From Anthoceros angustus (Eukaryota > Plantae > Anthocerotophyta), in contig MU008160.1 of the NCBI GenBank assembly GCA_010909165.1, forward strand, positions 2,196,149 through 2,260,148: DNA of 64,000 nucleotides. Reading direction: 5' to 3'. The stretch's first letter is position 1, and each line of letters opens with the position of its first letter. Positions 45,941 to 60,900 of the stretch are shown piece by piece. The notes under the pieces were generated by a model that saw nothing but the letters and a program-made list of their open reading frames with translations, had not been told where the DNA came from and did no database searches. A program made the position numbers and the translations under genes.

Positions 45941-48179
45941 ATGCAGCTCGAGTTTGTTAAGATGGATATGACTATGCATAAAAGATATAGGTGATTGAAC
46001 TTACTATAAGTATATAGAAGTGGGTAAATGGGAAACATATACCCCATAGTGAGTAGGAAACGTGAGTGACACTTTTAGGGTTTAAAAGGGTGAGACCAGC
46101 TAGCTATAGCAAGTTCAGCTGACTCTTTGACTGTTGTCTTTGTGTTGTTTACTCAAAGTTGCTCTTCATTTGTGTTTTAAAGCCTCGCTTAGGTGGTCTT
46201 AGTTTTGCAATTCGAACACTTGCTTTCTTGACACTTGACCTCTTGAAGGATGGCTAGCTTCCAATCTCAACAACAACAATTTGATCGTGGCTTTGGAGTC
46301 AAGAATAAAGACTTTGACTTTGAGATTCTTGTGAGCGACTCTTACATGAAGAGACAAAAGAAGAGAAAAGGGAAGATATCCGAGGAATCAGCTTTTGTGG
46401 CCAAAAAGCCTCGGGAAGAACACTCAAGTTCCATCAAGCTAGGGAAGGTCCTTCTCAATCAGGAGGATATAGAAGGTCCAACATAACTTGCAACCACTGG
46501 CAAGGTTGGACACATTAGGAACTGTTCAAGAAGCAAAGGGACGAGAAAGCAAGACCTCAAAGCAATGCTGAAGACTTTGATGAGGCCTTTGTGAGTACAC
46601 ATCACCACTCAAATGAAGCTGACAGGTGGTATATCGATTCGGAGCTTGAGCATATGACCAATAGGCGTGAATGGTTTCACTCTTTCAAACCCACTCCTGC
46701 AACTAACATTTACTTGGGTGATAATTCGCTCAAAAATGTGAGGGAGAAGGAGTTGTATTTCTAACCATGACCACTCCTAAAGGGCCTATTCTTGGGATGT
46801 TAAAGAAGGTCCTCTATGTGCCAGGCCTGAGCAAAACCTCTTCTCCGTTAGCGGCTACCTCTCAAGGGTTGAGAGTGAGATTTGAGGAAGCTGGAGTGAC
46901 CTTCATGAATGCAAAAGAAGAAGTGAGAGCACAAGGAGTGAAGGTTGGAAAGATGTATTGTTTAAGTGGGAGTACTGGTGCCAAGCTCAAGAATGGAGGC
47001 AAATGTGGTACAAGAGCACAACAACAAGCTACTATTGTGGCACCAAAGATTGGGACATCTTGGAGTTCAAAACATCAAGCTCATGGAAAAGAAAAAGATG
47101 GTAAGAGGACTTGAGCTTGGAGAGGAGGAAGATATAGGTATTTGTAGAGGTTGCATGATGGGAAAGCAACATCGATTTCCATTTCCAAAGGGAGGAAGTA
47201 GAGCTAACCATGTGCTAGATTTGATTCACTCAGACATCTGTGGCCCCATGAAGACTACATCTCTAGGAGGGGCCAAGTATTTCCTCACTTTCACAGATGA
47301 CAAGTCAAGGTATACCAAGGTTTACTTCCTCAAATCCAAGGATGCTTGTTTATCCAAGTTCAAGGAGTATAAAGCACTTGTGGAGAATCAAATTGGTAGA
47401 AAGATAAAAGTTTTAAGGAGTGATAATGGAGGTGAATATATGTCCAAGGATTTTGGAACTTTTTGCAAGGAGCACGGAATTATGCAACAGTTTTCGGCCC
47501 CTCACACTCCTCAGCAAAATGGAGTTGCAGAAGGAAAAATAGAACTTTGGTAGAATATGCTAGGAGCATGCTTCATCATCAACAATTGGGCTATGAGTTT
47601 TGGGGGGAAGCCATTGCAACTGCTGTCTACCTACTAATAAAAGTGCAAGTGCATCACTAGAGGATATGACACGGAGGAATGCTGGTTAGGGAGGAAGCCT
47701 TCTATTGCTCACTTGCATGTGTTTGGGTGTAGAGCCTTTGCACATAAACCCAAAGAAGTCGAGCAAGCTCGAAGGAAAGGCCTTGGAGTGCGTTTTTGTG
47801 GGCTATGATATTGATAGAAAGGCCTATAAATTGTATGATGAGGCATATGGGCGCATCATCATAAGTAGAGATGTGGTTTTTGATGAGGCGGAGAATATAG
47901 ATAGCGAGAAATTTCCTATTGTTGATGCCCACGAGGTTGTGATACTGCAAGAACCAATTGGAAAAGATGTCATTTCGATCGCTGGGAATGAAATGATCTC
48001 TAGCGAGGCAAACAATGAGGAAGAACCCTTGAGAGAAGAAATTCTTCCTCCGTGGAGATATCCAACAAGGGAGCGTCGTCGACCAAGAGATTGAAGAGAA
48101 GGACTAGAGTTTGCATCCATTGCTATGGAATATGGGAGGAAACCAAGAACGATAGCTGAAGCACTACAAGGAAAGATGA
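45941..48179 (+). mobile_element. Truncated copia A LTR (45941-46272) plus gag C-terminus, protease and integrase (block-2 copy)
   Basis: LWHQRLGH...LIHSDICGPM...TFTDDKSR...LRSDNGGEY; KLEGKALECVFVGY. Confidence 0.93.
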
Positions 48180-48219
48180 TAAGAAAAGGAAAGAAGCTAG
48201 GTAGTATGTATGGACTTCG

Positions 48220-51000
48220 TGAGGTAGTATGTAAGTGAGAGGCCACCGTGTAGATAGAGTAGGCCTGCCAACCCTTTGACACGCATCACATCTCCTGATA
48301 AACTCCCACACATCCTCTCTCAGATTGAGCCCACGAGCTTGCATCCAAGACCTTCTTCACGGTGATTTGCGAAACCACCAGCCTCTTCGCATGTAAAGCT
48401 GACCAAACAGCTTCTAGTTTCCAGACATCGCCGAATCTTCTCGTCTGGACCAAGCTTATACAAGACCCCATTTCGTAGGCAATAAGGGCTGTCTTGTGAA
48501 GAAAACAGCTCGCCCCTCCCTAGACAAACCATCGTGCATGATTCCATGCTCTAGAAATTTTCAGACTCACCATTCAATGTATCTTGGGCATGAACGCCCC
48601 TCACGTTCTAATCTCCTCCTTCCAAGCATACCACGTCGCCTCCTGCTAGCTCGCCCACCAGCAGCCCTGCACGGCGTTAATCCATTCACAAATCCATTTT
48701 CTCCTTGCTTTGTCCATGCCGCAAGTTTCCTAGCTTGCAGCCCGCTTGCATGCTCCTCCTCCACAACGCTCGATTTCTTCCATTCCTGCTGGTCTAGCCT
48801 CGTGTCCAGGTCCAGCTCGTGCTCCCATGGCGTCCTCCTCGCCTTCCTGCACCTCCATGGCCTCAATGAGTGATTTCCCATGAATCGCCATTTCCTTCTC
48901 CCAGCTTTTGCTCAAGCTTGTCATGGGATGCATCTCCTTCCTCGCGCACCTACCTCATTAGGGTCGTCTTCTCCTCGGCCCCATGGCGCCCGGCTTTTGG
49001 CCACGCAAGTGTAAGCGCCTTTTGCTTGAAACGATGATGCCTTCCCGACCCATCCCTGCTGACCATACGCTGCAAGAACTGCATTCCATGTCACCTCGTT
49101 CTTGCGGGCATTTTCAAACACTCAGCATCGCCTCACGCCTCCCGCATTTTGCATACATGTTCACCGCAGCTGCCCACAACCACATCCGCTTCCAAACCTC
49201 TCTCCGAACTGAGCATGTAGCTGGTGCCCGTGTGCAATGCTCCGATGCTTCACCCAGTCAAACCAACTCCTCGTGAAATCGGTCATCCGTGGCTTCAAGT
49301 CGCTTCCGCCAGACGAGAAATGAAATCAACATTCTCGATGCCCCGGCCTAGTTTCTACGCCATAATCAAACTCTTGCAGCAGTAGCACCCACCTGGCAAT
49401 CCTTCCTGACAAATCTGGCTTGTTTACAAGGTACTTCAACGCAAAATGGTCAACATGAAAGGTCACTTTGCAAGCAAGCAGATAGTGTCTAAACTTCTTA
49501 CAGAGTAGATGATACCAAGACCTTCCCGCCTGTGGTTGAGTAGTTCTTCTCGATCTCGTGAGTTGTCTACCCAAGATAGAAAATCGGATGGTCCTGCTTT
49601 CTCGCCCTTCCGGCTTAAGATGGTCCCAATGGCATAAGCGGACACATCCAAGTATACATGAAACGTTTTCTCCCATTCGTGGCAGAATGCTGGTGCGCTC
49701 ACCAAGTGTCCTTCAGCTGAAAAGCCTGCCTTGCAGTCCATTTGAAAGGTGTATCCTTCTTGGTCAATTGTGTCAGCAAGGCTGCCTTCTTAGCAAAATC
49801 CTTGATGAACCTCCTGTAATATCCTACCAATCCTACAAAAGCACGCACCGCCTCACCGCTTGTGGTGCGTCCATCTCAATTTATAAATGCCACCTTCTCC
49901 TTATCTACCCGCAACTGTGACCGAAACTCGATGTGCCAACAAAATACCTTCTCCATACCAAAATAATACTGGATGAAGTTTCATGTTGGATTCCCTGCAC
50001 TTCAAAACACTGCCTTAGGTGCTCTAGATGCAACTTCCTCCTCCCAAACACGCAAAAATCATCTAGGAATACCATGAACTTCCGAGAAATCTCGGAAGAT
50101 AGCGCCACCACACGTTGAAGGTGGCGTGAGCGTTGCACAACCCGAAAGGCAGCTTGGAATAAGCGTAAGTGCCCCAACTGCTGTGAATGTAGTCTTGTCC
50201 TCGATCCTCCTCCTCAACGAAATCGATTGTAACCCGAGTACTTCAGAAATCAGACATTTCATGTCCACCACCGTGTCAAAGACGCTGTCCATGAAAGGCA
50301 AGGGGTGGTGGTCCTTCTTCGTTGCTTCATTGCTTGCTGAAATCTTGACACACCCATTCCGTTGTTCTTAGGTACAATTACGATGGGGCAACCCACTCAC
50401 GGTAAGCACCGGATAAATCACCGGCTAAGTAGGTCCAAATTGATCCTTGACGACCATAGAATACTTGGGATTCAGCCTGTATTGCTTGATCCTTACAGGA
50501 GTGCTGCCCTCCTTCAAATCGATTCGATGTATCCCTCTTCCGGAATTCGCCATGTCAAGAATCTTGAAGGCAAACACATCGACATATTCTCTAAGGACCC
50601 TACGAAACTCTTCTTTTTTCTACCACTCCTAGGTGCCTGGAGATCTTGACCACCTTGCTGGGCTCTAGCTCCAAGTCCTCACTGCTCGGATCTACATAAG
50701 TCCCTTCCGGACCGCCACCGCACTATTCCCCGATCCTTCGCCGGAAAATCGCGATCATAGGCTCCCACCTTCCATAAGGCTACTCCTTCTCTATGTGCTT
50801 CGTCCTCCCGACCTCCTCACGACACCATCTACTTGTGGCGGTGTACACCAACTCGATTTTATTGCCACCTCAACCGAGGGTCCTAAGCTTGGCCACCGCC
50901 AAGAGCTTACCCCCGTACTACCCGAGGTGTACCCATCGGACTGAAGCGCGGACTCCCCTTCATAGGGTGCCTTACTCCATGACACAAATATATCCTTAAA
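48220..51000 (-). mobile_element. Gypsy pol fragment (block-2 copy), including the PPR insert at ~49020-49260
   Basis: RT, RNase H and integrase zinc-binding peptides as at 22600-25410; KNEVTWNAVLAAYGQQGWVGKA and VNMYAKCGR read without frameshift. Confidence 0.9.
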
Positions 51001-51029
51001 TAATAATAATTAACAGTAATAATTAATTA

Positions 51030-54000
51030 ACAGCAAGGTGTCTATCACGGGCGCCCAGGGACCCCCTGACCCACACCGCAATTTTGTCCTTACTCCTAAG
51101 ACCACTCTTCTCCACAGTGGAGCGCCCTCGCAGATTTGGGATCTGCCCCTGGTCAGCTCCTGTGGCCTCCGCTTTTCCTACACTCTAATTCTCCTCACAA
51201 CTCCTCAATCAACAACGCCTCTCCTTCTCTACTCATCTAACCTTCCTTCCTCCACAATCTTCTACTCTAACATCGATTGCTGGCTCATTAATTCCAACTC
51301 GCCCTTACGGCACAATCGCCTGGGTCCGTCCGAAATTAACGAGTTCTTCCTTGGGCGGTTATGTGGTTTGTACCAGACATGAGAACCTCCAGGAGTCTTT
51401 CCTCAGAGTCTACCCTCAAGCCGAGAGTTCCTTGAGCATCGCCACACACTCAAAGCAAAACAATTCACACAAAGAACCATTCACAAGGGAGCAGGTGGCG
51501 CCCAAGAGCAAGCCCTCCACCCAAAGACTCCAACCGCTGCTCCTCTCTACCAGACACGGCGTTGGCTTGCAAGACGAAATTCTGCACAAAGTGAAGGACT
51601 CGGGAGGATGGGAGCGCAAGACACGATAATTTTACTCACAAGCCCTCCTTTTATAGGGAGGTCCTCACATAACCTCTCGCGCCTCCCGGCATTGCCTCAC
51701 TCCTTATTTTAGTGTATCCTACTGTCAGACTTTAAGTTCTGACATCCAAGCATCTTGGGTAAAATTCTATTCTAGCAAACTTCACCTATGTGAGCCTTAA
51801 TGGCTCCTGCCAACATTCCTATCTAGCTAGTCAACACACCCTAGGGTTGACAAGCATTAATGCCTGTCCTCCTCTAAAGAAAAGTCTCCCCAAGTGGCAT
51901 CTTGTCCCATGTCTTCAAGCTAATTTAAGGACCCCTTATGAATCCCCTTCCTTATCTTGATGCCTATCTTGAGTTTCTTCCTCCAATAAAATAGCCCGGG
52001 CTCTCTTAGCCACTGGCTCATCCTCAGCTTCTCCTCTTCCTCTCACTTGTGGAGCAAGTGAGCTCCTTGCCCCTACCATGTTAGGAGGTTGGTCTTCTCC
52101 TTGTGATTCTTGCTCCATTCTGCAAGATCAACCCCTCTTCCTTCTTTCTTGCAAGGGCCAAGGTACTCGCCTCCCCATCAAATCCATGCTAGCAGCCTTT
52201 GACTGCTTTCCCTCCTACCATGGTAGGACCTTCCTACCACGGAACTCCTCCTACCACGGTAGGAGTTCCTACCGGGTGTTTCTTCCTCACCCCTTCCGGG
52301 TGATTCTCTCCCCAGCTCGCCCGCTTCACTCGCTTCTCGGCGCAAGTTTCTTCACCCCTGCTTGGGACACTTTCCAAGTCTAAGGCTTCCGTTGGACTTG
52401 CATGAGGGCCTCCCTATCATCATCATGAGGTCCCAACATCCTTCTCAGAAGTCGCAACAACTCGTTAGTGGCCTTGAGCACCTTGTTGTGAAGATGGGCT
52501 GCAAATCGTTGTTGTGCCATCTCCAATTCTTCGTAATCCTCAAGCCATACTCCATGCTCACACTTGCTTTTGTAAGCATCTCGCCCAAGGCCAGCTCACC
52601 GCCTTGACATGGAGAGCCACATTCTCCGTCCTTTCATTCTGCAGTTGGCGGATCAATCTCTTGTAGGGCATAATCACCAAATCTCCGCCTCCTCACCGCC
52701 AACATATGCAAACCGCCTCATGACGGCCTTTCTCCTTTGCCATTTCTTCCTCCAACTCCCCTATCCTCCTAGGGAGTTGTGCATTCTCCGTTCTGGACTT
52801 CGCTTCCATTTCCAATCTTTGGACAAAATGTGTCCGTTCTTCCAGCTCTTCTTCCTTCAATTCCAGCCTCGGATTTCTCCCAGCTCCTTTTCCATGTCAC
52901 TAATCTTCACTGTGTGGCTATGACCCGCTCATGTGCGCCTACTTGCCTTTGTGTTGCCCTCATTTGCTGCAGAGATTGCCTCGCCTTGACCTTCTCCTTT
53001 GCCATTTCTTCCTCCAACTCCCCTATCCTCCTAGGGAGTTGTGCATTCTCCGTTCTGGACTTCTGCTCCATTTCCAATCTTTGGACAAAATGTGTCCGTT
53101 CTTCCAGCTCTTCTTCCTTCAATTCCAGCCTCGGATTTCTCCCAGCTCCTTTTCCATGTCACTAATCTTCACACTGTGGCTATGACCCGCTCATGTGCGC
53201 CTACTTGCCTTTGTGTTGCCCTCATTTGCTGCAGAGATTGCTCGCCTTGACCTCTCCTCCATTAGCAGACTTGCTTGTCTTCCGCCTTCTTTTCCATGCG
53301 CACCATGTGAGCAAGTTGCTCCACCTTCTCCTCTCGAGCTGCCAATTGCTTGGTAAGAGCCTTGTTCTCCGAATATGATGGTTTGCCTCCTGCCTCGCCT
53401 CAAGACTCTTTCCAAGTGCTCCACTTGAGCCTCCATCCTCATAACATCCTCCCGCTGGGTTTCCGCCTACCCGCAATTTCCCTTGCTTGGTAGGTCCTTG
53501 TCTTCTCGCCTCCGCCTTCAAGAATTCAACTCTCCTCTTGGCGGCTCCTATGTCTACCTTGCTGAACATCTCCCTATGCGATCTCCTCCAACATGTCTAA
53601 GTCTCCTTTCTTACCTCCGGGAGACTCAAGGCCTTTGCCTTGCTCATGGGATCTTACATCCCTTGCTTCCCTATGATGAGCTCCCGCCATCACTTGGTGG
53701 GGCAACCCTCCCACCGTGACTCCATCCGCTCGCCCACCTAACGGGCCGGTTGCCTTCTTATCTCCCTTGGGAGCTTCCAAACCGTGACTTCCTTCCTCCT
53801 ACCGTGGTAGGACTAATTCCTACCACCGTAGGTCTTGTCATGAGAGGGCGAGAGGGGTCCCAAACCACTGTGGGAACACCTCCCACCTCAGGCGGATTCC
53901 TGCCATGGTAGGATCTATCCTACCTTCCATCTCCGCATCCTCCGGGTCCAAACTTCAAATCCCCTACAACTTCTCCTTGCAAGTCCTCGCACATCCTCCG

Positions 54001-55448
54001 CCTATCTTTGAGGGATTCCTTCCAAGAATAATGTCCGTGGTGCTGCACCTCCTTTAGCAAAGCACCAAGCACCCCGTCCCTCCCCTGTAAGTACACAATG
54101 TTAAAGGGATGCTTGGAATCATCCAACTCCTTACTTGTGAGTAGCCCTCTACTTCCCACAAATGCACTAGATAAGTGCTAAGATAGCACGGCCTGACCTG
54201 CCTTCATCCGACGCTGGGTTTCAAAGAACTTTTCCTGGTAGGTGTATGCTTCATACATGATGAGCCCCAATCCGCTTCGCTCCTTGAGTGATCTTCCACA
54301 AAAATGGAGGAAGGTAGTCAAATATGACACCCTTGGATTGCTCACCAAGCCCAAAACAATTCTTGTGAACAATCTCCACTTGGGCTCCAAGATTTGGTCC
54401 ATCCGCCAACCGCTTCTTGACTTAGCCTTCATGCCCCTTGCATAAGTGTAAGGGCTCCTTGGGAAGATCCGCTGATGCACGCTTGCCTCCACTGCTCCTT
54501 CCATCAACGTGATTCCGCTTATCCTCGCTATCCGCCGCCATATACCGCGATGCTTACACCAACACCGTGGATCCGTCTGCATGCTCCTATCCGGCAGCCA
54601 ATTCCTCTTCCGTCTGCCAAATTAGCAAAACACTCTATCAATTCAAGGTTGGTGTAAGACCAATGTCGCCCATACACCCACTCTAGCTGAATATTCTCCT
54701 CTCGCTGCCCAAGGTCGAAAGTCCGAAAGGTCTCTAGAGGACAACCGGCCTGCATAGCATGTGACGCCTTCATCCGACGCGTTGGGTTTCAGAACTTTTC
54801 CTTGTGGTAGGTGTATGCTTCATACATGATGAGCCCCAATCCGCTTCGCTCCTTGAGTGATCTTCCACAAAAATGGAGGAAGGTAGTGCTGAATATGACA
54901 CCCTTGGATTGCTCACCAAGCCCAAAACAATTCTTGTGAACAATCTCCACTTGGGCTCCAAGATTTGGTCCATCCGCCAACCGTTCTTGGACTTAGCCTT
55001 CATGCCCCTTGCATAAGTGTAAGGGCTCCTTGGGAAGATCCGCCGTTGATGCACGCTTGCCTCCACTGCTCCTTCCATCAACGTGATTCCGCTATCCTCG
55101 CTATCCGCCGCCATATACCGCGATGCTCCTTACGGTCCAACACCGTGGATCCGTCTGCTGCTCCTATCCTAGGCAGCCAATTCCTCCGTCTGCTGCATTA
55201 GCAAAACACTCTATCAATTCAAGGTTGGTGTAAGACCAATGTCGCCCATACACCCATTCTAGCTGAATATTCTCCTCTCGCTGCCCAAGGTCGAAAGTCC
55301 GAAAGGTCTCTAGAGGATAGCTGGCCTGCATAGCACGTAACAAGGGCATGTCAAAGCCGATCCTCCCGCCTTAGACCTCTTACCCGCCTCCCGCACACCC
55401 TTGGTGGACGCTCCTTCCTTGGCTACTACCTCCTTGCCCCTTGGTCAT
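51030..55448 (-). mobile_element. G2 truncated LTR (~51030-51669), 3' UTR (51670-52101) and extra ORF (52102-55448) with duplications ~52730-52991 and ~54200-54765
   Basis: Homologous to 26468-32324. Confidence 0.8.
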
Positions 55449-57971
55449 GGCCTCGTGGAACGCAAAAGTTTGGGCAACTAGCTTAAATGAGTTCGCTTTG
55501 AAAACCCATTTTTTGCTAGGAATGGTTTGGTGAAGACATGCAAGGAAATTTTTGCCCTTTTGAGCGGAGTTGTAGGACCATGTCGGGAAGGCAAGAGAGG
55601 ATATGCAGGAAAAAGAAACGGGTCAAACGACCTATTGGTGAGGAGAAAAGGTAACCTACATGAGTGGTAGGAGGTGTCCTACCACCGTAGGAGAAACTCC
55701 TACCATGGTAGACGAGGGTAGGAGAGATCCTACCACCATAGGAGAATGACCCTGCTAGTGTTTTGATCACCTACTGTAGAAATAGCTCCTACCATGGTAG
55801 GAGAGGGTAGGAAAGTATCCTACCACCGTAGGAGTAACTCCTCAAGAGAATTGAGGACTTGCTCAAAGGATCTTATACATTGATTATCATAATAGAAAGT
55901 ACATTGAGTTTATATGAAGTAGGTGGTTATAGGTTGTTGTAACCAATTAACCATAATAACTAAAGCAACTACTTCTAACCCTAAGAATTAATTAATTATT
56001 AATTCTAGGATTTATAGGAGTGCTAATGAATAGTGCCCTAATATGCAAAGTATTTCATCACTCCCACTCACTATGAAGTAGGGGTAAAGACTAGCTATCC
56101 AATAAGCTAAGTAGCTAAGGAGAACTCCCACTTATTGAGAAATAGGGCCTAAAAAGTTGAAATGAAAACTTGAACTGAAAAATACATTTCATCGTTATTG
56201 CCTCCATAATAAAGTTGAAATAACTAGCCTTGATAACGGGCTGTAAATATGGCATAAGTAAATATCACTGAAAAATATGGTCTTCAATTTAATGAATATA
56301 AGGATAAGGCCATATTCCCTTCCAACCACTAAAAACGGGTGTACAGGAAACCCGTCTCCATCCACTAGTTGTTGCTTCATTCTCACAAGGGCAAGCAAGA
56401 GCTATGGCGAGGTTGAAAGTGCCTAGAGGGGAAGCATATGCCTGAATCTGCATGCGCGGGGCGCCCGGACTGAGTAGGAGGGCATCACTTGCCTGCTGGA
56501 CTCTCGCGCCGACGGTGAGTCCCTATCAACAAGAAAGTCCAAAGGCCCATCATGCACAAACAACTCCATCTTCTCGGTAGAAACCAAGATACCCCTCATT
56601 CACGAGGAAACCATCAGCAAACAACAAGCTTGATCATCTTGTCTACCGATGACGAAACGGAGAAGAGGAAGGAGGAGATTGAGCCATGCCACTAGAGAAG
56701 ACGAAAGGTGAGATACCTCCTTCTTTCCTTCTTATTGTTGCTGCTGTGGAAAAGCCGTAGGACACATGCTCCATGCGCTGGTACTTGTGGCACCACCCTC
56801 CGGCTAACCAACCAAGTGTGACGATGAAGGTGAAACCCATGTTTGCAGATCTGCAAAAGTCACGCACACCACCCATGATACGGATCTGAGGTCCTCTTTG
56901 CTGGTTGTGTGAGCACGCTCCCGCAGTGCGGGCATGCCTATAAATCTGTAAAAGCATGGAGGGAGATGGCGCTGCAGCGCGGAGGCACCCACAAAACACC
57001 TGCGGCGCCTTGGTGAAGGATGGCCCTGTGACGCGAGCCCGCCCTTAGCCATATGTGTGTCTTGGAGGAGGAGAGCGCCGCAGATCGGGCGCATCTTGTA
57101 GCTTCGCTTGTTAGCAGCCCATAAGCACGCCTTGGGGCTATCACGCCTTGAATCGCTGGAACCGACAGGCGCCTCTCTTGATGGAGTCGCCCCTCCTTAC
57201 ATCCAACAGATGGCGATGGACGCCTCTTCCACACTGCTCTTGAGAAGAAGCCTTGGATTGAAATATCTCGTACTCGAGATGGTTGCCGGGCCGACGTGAT
57301 TCCTTGTAAGCTGATTATTACATCTCAGAGATAAGATGACACATCCAAGTTGTATGTGGCTAAGGTGTTGGATCGTTGGTGGCATGTGTGGAGGCTAGAG
57401 ATAAGGATAAGGAAAAGCTGAGAACGATAAAAGACACAAGTATGTAGTTTTCCTTTGTCATTCAAAGGAGGATCCCTTAGAGTATTTGTGATCTGATATA
57501 AGAAAATAGACTAACGAAATTTCTACTTGCATAAATTGCGATGCGGCTTACTAAATGTAACAGAGAAATGCTAATATCCCAACATGAAACGTGGGCTACT
57601 ATAAACAGCTTGTTGCCCTAGGGACTATGAAAAGAAAGTCTATGTTGTTACCCTAGGGAAGGAAACTAGTCGAGGAGATGCCAAGCCTATGTCCGTGAGG
57701 AAACATGGATCCATATGATGAAGATAGCTGTCTACCATGTGAGGAATTTGGCACATGAAACACGTGTTTGTAAGTGCCTTGGTGTTAAGCTAATCCCATT
57801 ACCATATAACTTTATTATATTAAATATATAATACTTTATTATGTTTAATATTAATATATGCCTAAAACTACAAGGGCATTTTTATGTGTGGACAATTAAT
57901 GATGAGGCTGAAAAGGATGACAACTCCTATTTCAAATAGAAGAGGAATTTATGAAGAGGAAATAAACTTAA

Positions 57972-60900
57972 GTAATATTTCGGGCTGTAATTATGAAATT
58001 AACTTAATTCCGCCCACTAGCTGCTAAGTGTGAGATTAGGGTAGGGTTTGGACACCAAGTCCATAATACCTAGACACTTCATGTGTTTCCTATGCAACTC
58101 ACGACCTAATGATTTTGTTAACAAATCAGAGCATTATCTTTGGTTTGAATATAACTTATGTCTATTGTATTATCTTCTAACTTCTCTCTTATAAAATGAT
58201 TCTCAACTCCTACATGTTTTCTGGAGTGAAAACAGGGTTTCTAGCTAGGCAATGGCACCCGACTATCACTAAACAAAATTGTAGGCTTGTTGAAGATGTT
58301 GAGTTCGCCTAAAATTAATCGACTCCAAACTATATCCTTTGCGCTGAGGTTAATACCCTATACTCGATTGATTAGATAGGGCAACCAGAGGTTGTTTCTT
58401 ACTTGACCAGGATATGGGAGCTCCTCCTAAAAGTAATACATAACCCGACTGGATTTGCGGAGTCGATCACCAAGATAGTCGACGTGCATAAGCCGTTAAT
58501 ATTAACTTCTCGATGCGGTGTATGCTTGAACATTAGTCCTGCTTGCATAGTCCTTCAAATATCTCAAGATGCGCTTAGCGTCCAATGCTCACGTCCGGAT
58601 TCTCCAAAATTGGGAGGAGCTTACTTCAAAAGCAATATCCGGTCTAGTAAAATTACTCACATATATGAGAGTGCCAACGGCATGTCGATATGGTACCGAC
58701 ATCTCTAACTTCTCTTGTTTTGGGACTCATATCAAGTAAGCCTAACTCCACCGGCAAAAGGTGTAGAAGCCGCTTAGCATCCTCAAGACCAAACTTAACT
58801 AAGCATTCTTTAATGTACTTAGTTTGTACAATGCTTAAAGTCTTATCATCACGATTTCTAATGATATTAACTCCTAGTGCATATGTCATCTCCTAAGTCG
58901 ACATCTCAAACAAAGTCCTCAACCAGCCTTTGTTTCGCTAGAGAGGAGAAGATGTGCCATAAAGACATCACAACATATAATAGGAGATAAAATATATCTT
59001 TAGATATAAGAATATATAAACAAGCGCCGCCTTGACTGCTTAAATCCTCCCAAGTTGCACATGAATAGTTAAGTTCCAATTCTTGCTCGATTGCTTGAGG
59101 CCATAAAGGCCTTTAATAAGTCGATACCCAATCCTCTTTGCCTTTAACGTAACCCTCGTTGTCTCATGTATATTTCTCTTTCAAGCGCCTATACAATATG
59201 CCGTCTTTAACATCCATCATATGGAGTTCAAGATCATTGGGTAGCTAAAGCAAATATCATTCAAGTGTGGCAATTACCATATAAGTGGCCCAAGGTATGT
59301 AATCTAGACCAGAATTTGTGTAAAACCTCTCGCTACTAGACGTGTTTTTATATCCTTTCTATAGAACCATCTCCTTTTCTTTTAATTTTGAATACCCATT
59401 TGCTGGTTACTATCTTCCCCCTAGGTGGTTTGACCAATTCCCATGTAGAGTTATTAACTAGGAATTATATAATCTATGCTACCTTCCATAAGTCTTTTTC
59501 GTGAGAAGAGAAAGCTTGTTTTAAGGTAAGAGGTTCTTCCGGGTCTATAGTTGCCTTGACAGCTTGAGAATAAAGTGATATAGGGGTATAGGATCATCAA
59601 AACAGCTAGGTATCCTAAAGGAGGTTCCTTCCAACCCGCAGGACCGAGATAGTAGGTCGGGATCTAAGGTTGTACCTTTGTGCAGTGCATCCATGGGAGC
59701 GGATCATCTATATGATCCGGCTCCACATGTCATCCTCGGGTCATCAAACTCATCATCATGAGTGTCAACGCGCCTCTGGGTCAAGAGGGAGATGTGTTGT
59801 GGAATAGATGCTAACTCTCCTCCTCCTCGCATAATAGGTTCAACTAAAGGAACACGAGAAGCGTGAATGGGAGTGAAATAAGATCATCAAAAATAAGAAG
59901 GGTCAATGGTCTCATCAAGAGAGGACCAAGCCTATCAGCTCCCACTGGGGAAAAGAGGTAAGACTCATGAAAAGTAACACCGAGCATAAAAAGTTGCCTT
60001 GTAGAAGGGTTGAAATAATTTGTAGCCAAAAGTGTATTTCGGCTGGGATCCAACTTCTTACGCAATGCTTTGGGAATAAAAACATATGCGGGATCCAAAA
60101 ATTCAAGGTGGTCAATAGAAGGCTTCTTGCCAATGAATGCTTCATATGGAGTCATACCTTGAACTGATGTAGGCAATCGATTCATGAGATAGGTTGTCAG
60201 GAGGGCCTCCCAATAAGCCTTAGATAACTTAGCTTGTACCAATAAGCAGTGATCTCTTGAGGCGAGATTCTTGTTCTCGCCACGCCATTTTGTTGAGGAG
60301 TGTAGACAATCAGAAGTTGTTGAGCTATACCTTCACCGACAAAATCCTCAAATGTGATGTAAACTCCACCATTGTCGGAACGTAAGGTCTTGAGTTTGTG
60401 ATCCGTAAGTCTCACCCATTTCATGTAGTCCTTGAAGAAGTGAAAGGCATCACTCTTGTTTTTCGTGATGTAGGAAAAGACAAACGAGAGAAATCATCTA
60501 TGAAGGTCAAAAATATCTACTACCACTAAAGGAGGTGTAGACAAGGGTCCACAAATGTCTGGTGCACTATCTCTAAAGGTGACTTGGCCCTTTGTGGAGA
60601 TTTATTTTGAAAGGCTCTTGATGTCGCTTTAGTGAGGACACAAGATTCGCACCAAGGTAGGTGTTCAACCTTTGCAAGGCAAGGGTTCTATATAAAGCTC
60701 CTTAGACATTTGGATTAATTTTTGACTATTAGGATGACCAAGGCGACAATGCCAAAGCATGGTTTGGGTAGGTGTCAATTTGAATGGCAACATTAGCAAT
60801 GGGTGGCTCCCACTTGTACGACAATCTATAGAGACCATCATCTAAAGTGCCTTGTATAGTTTCTATCTCACTTATGAAAGAGAGAAGACAACTATCGCAT

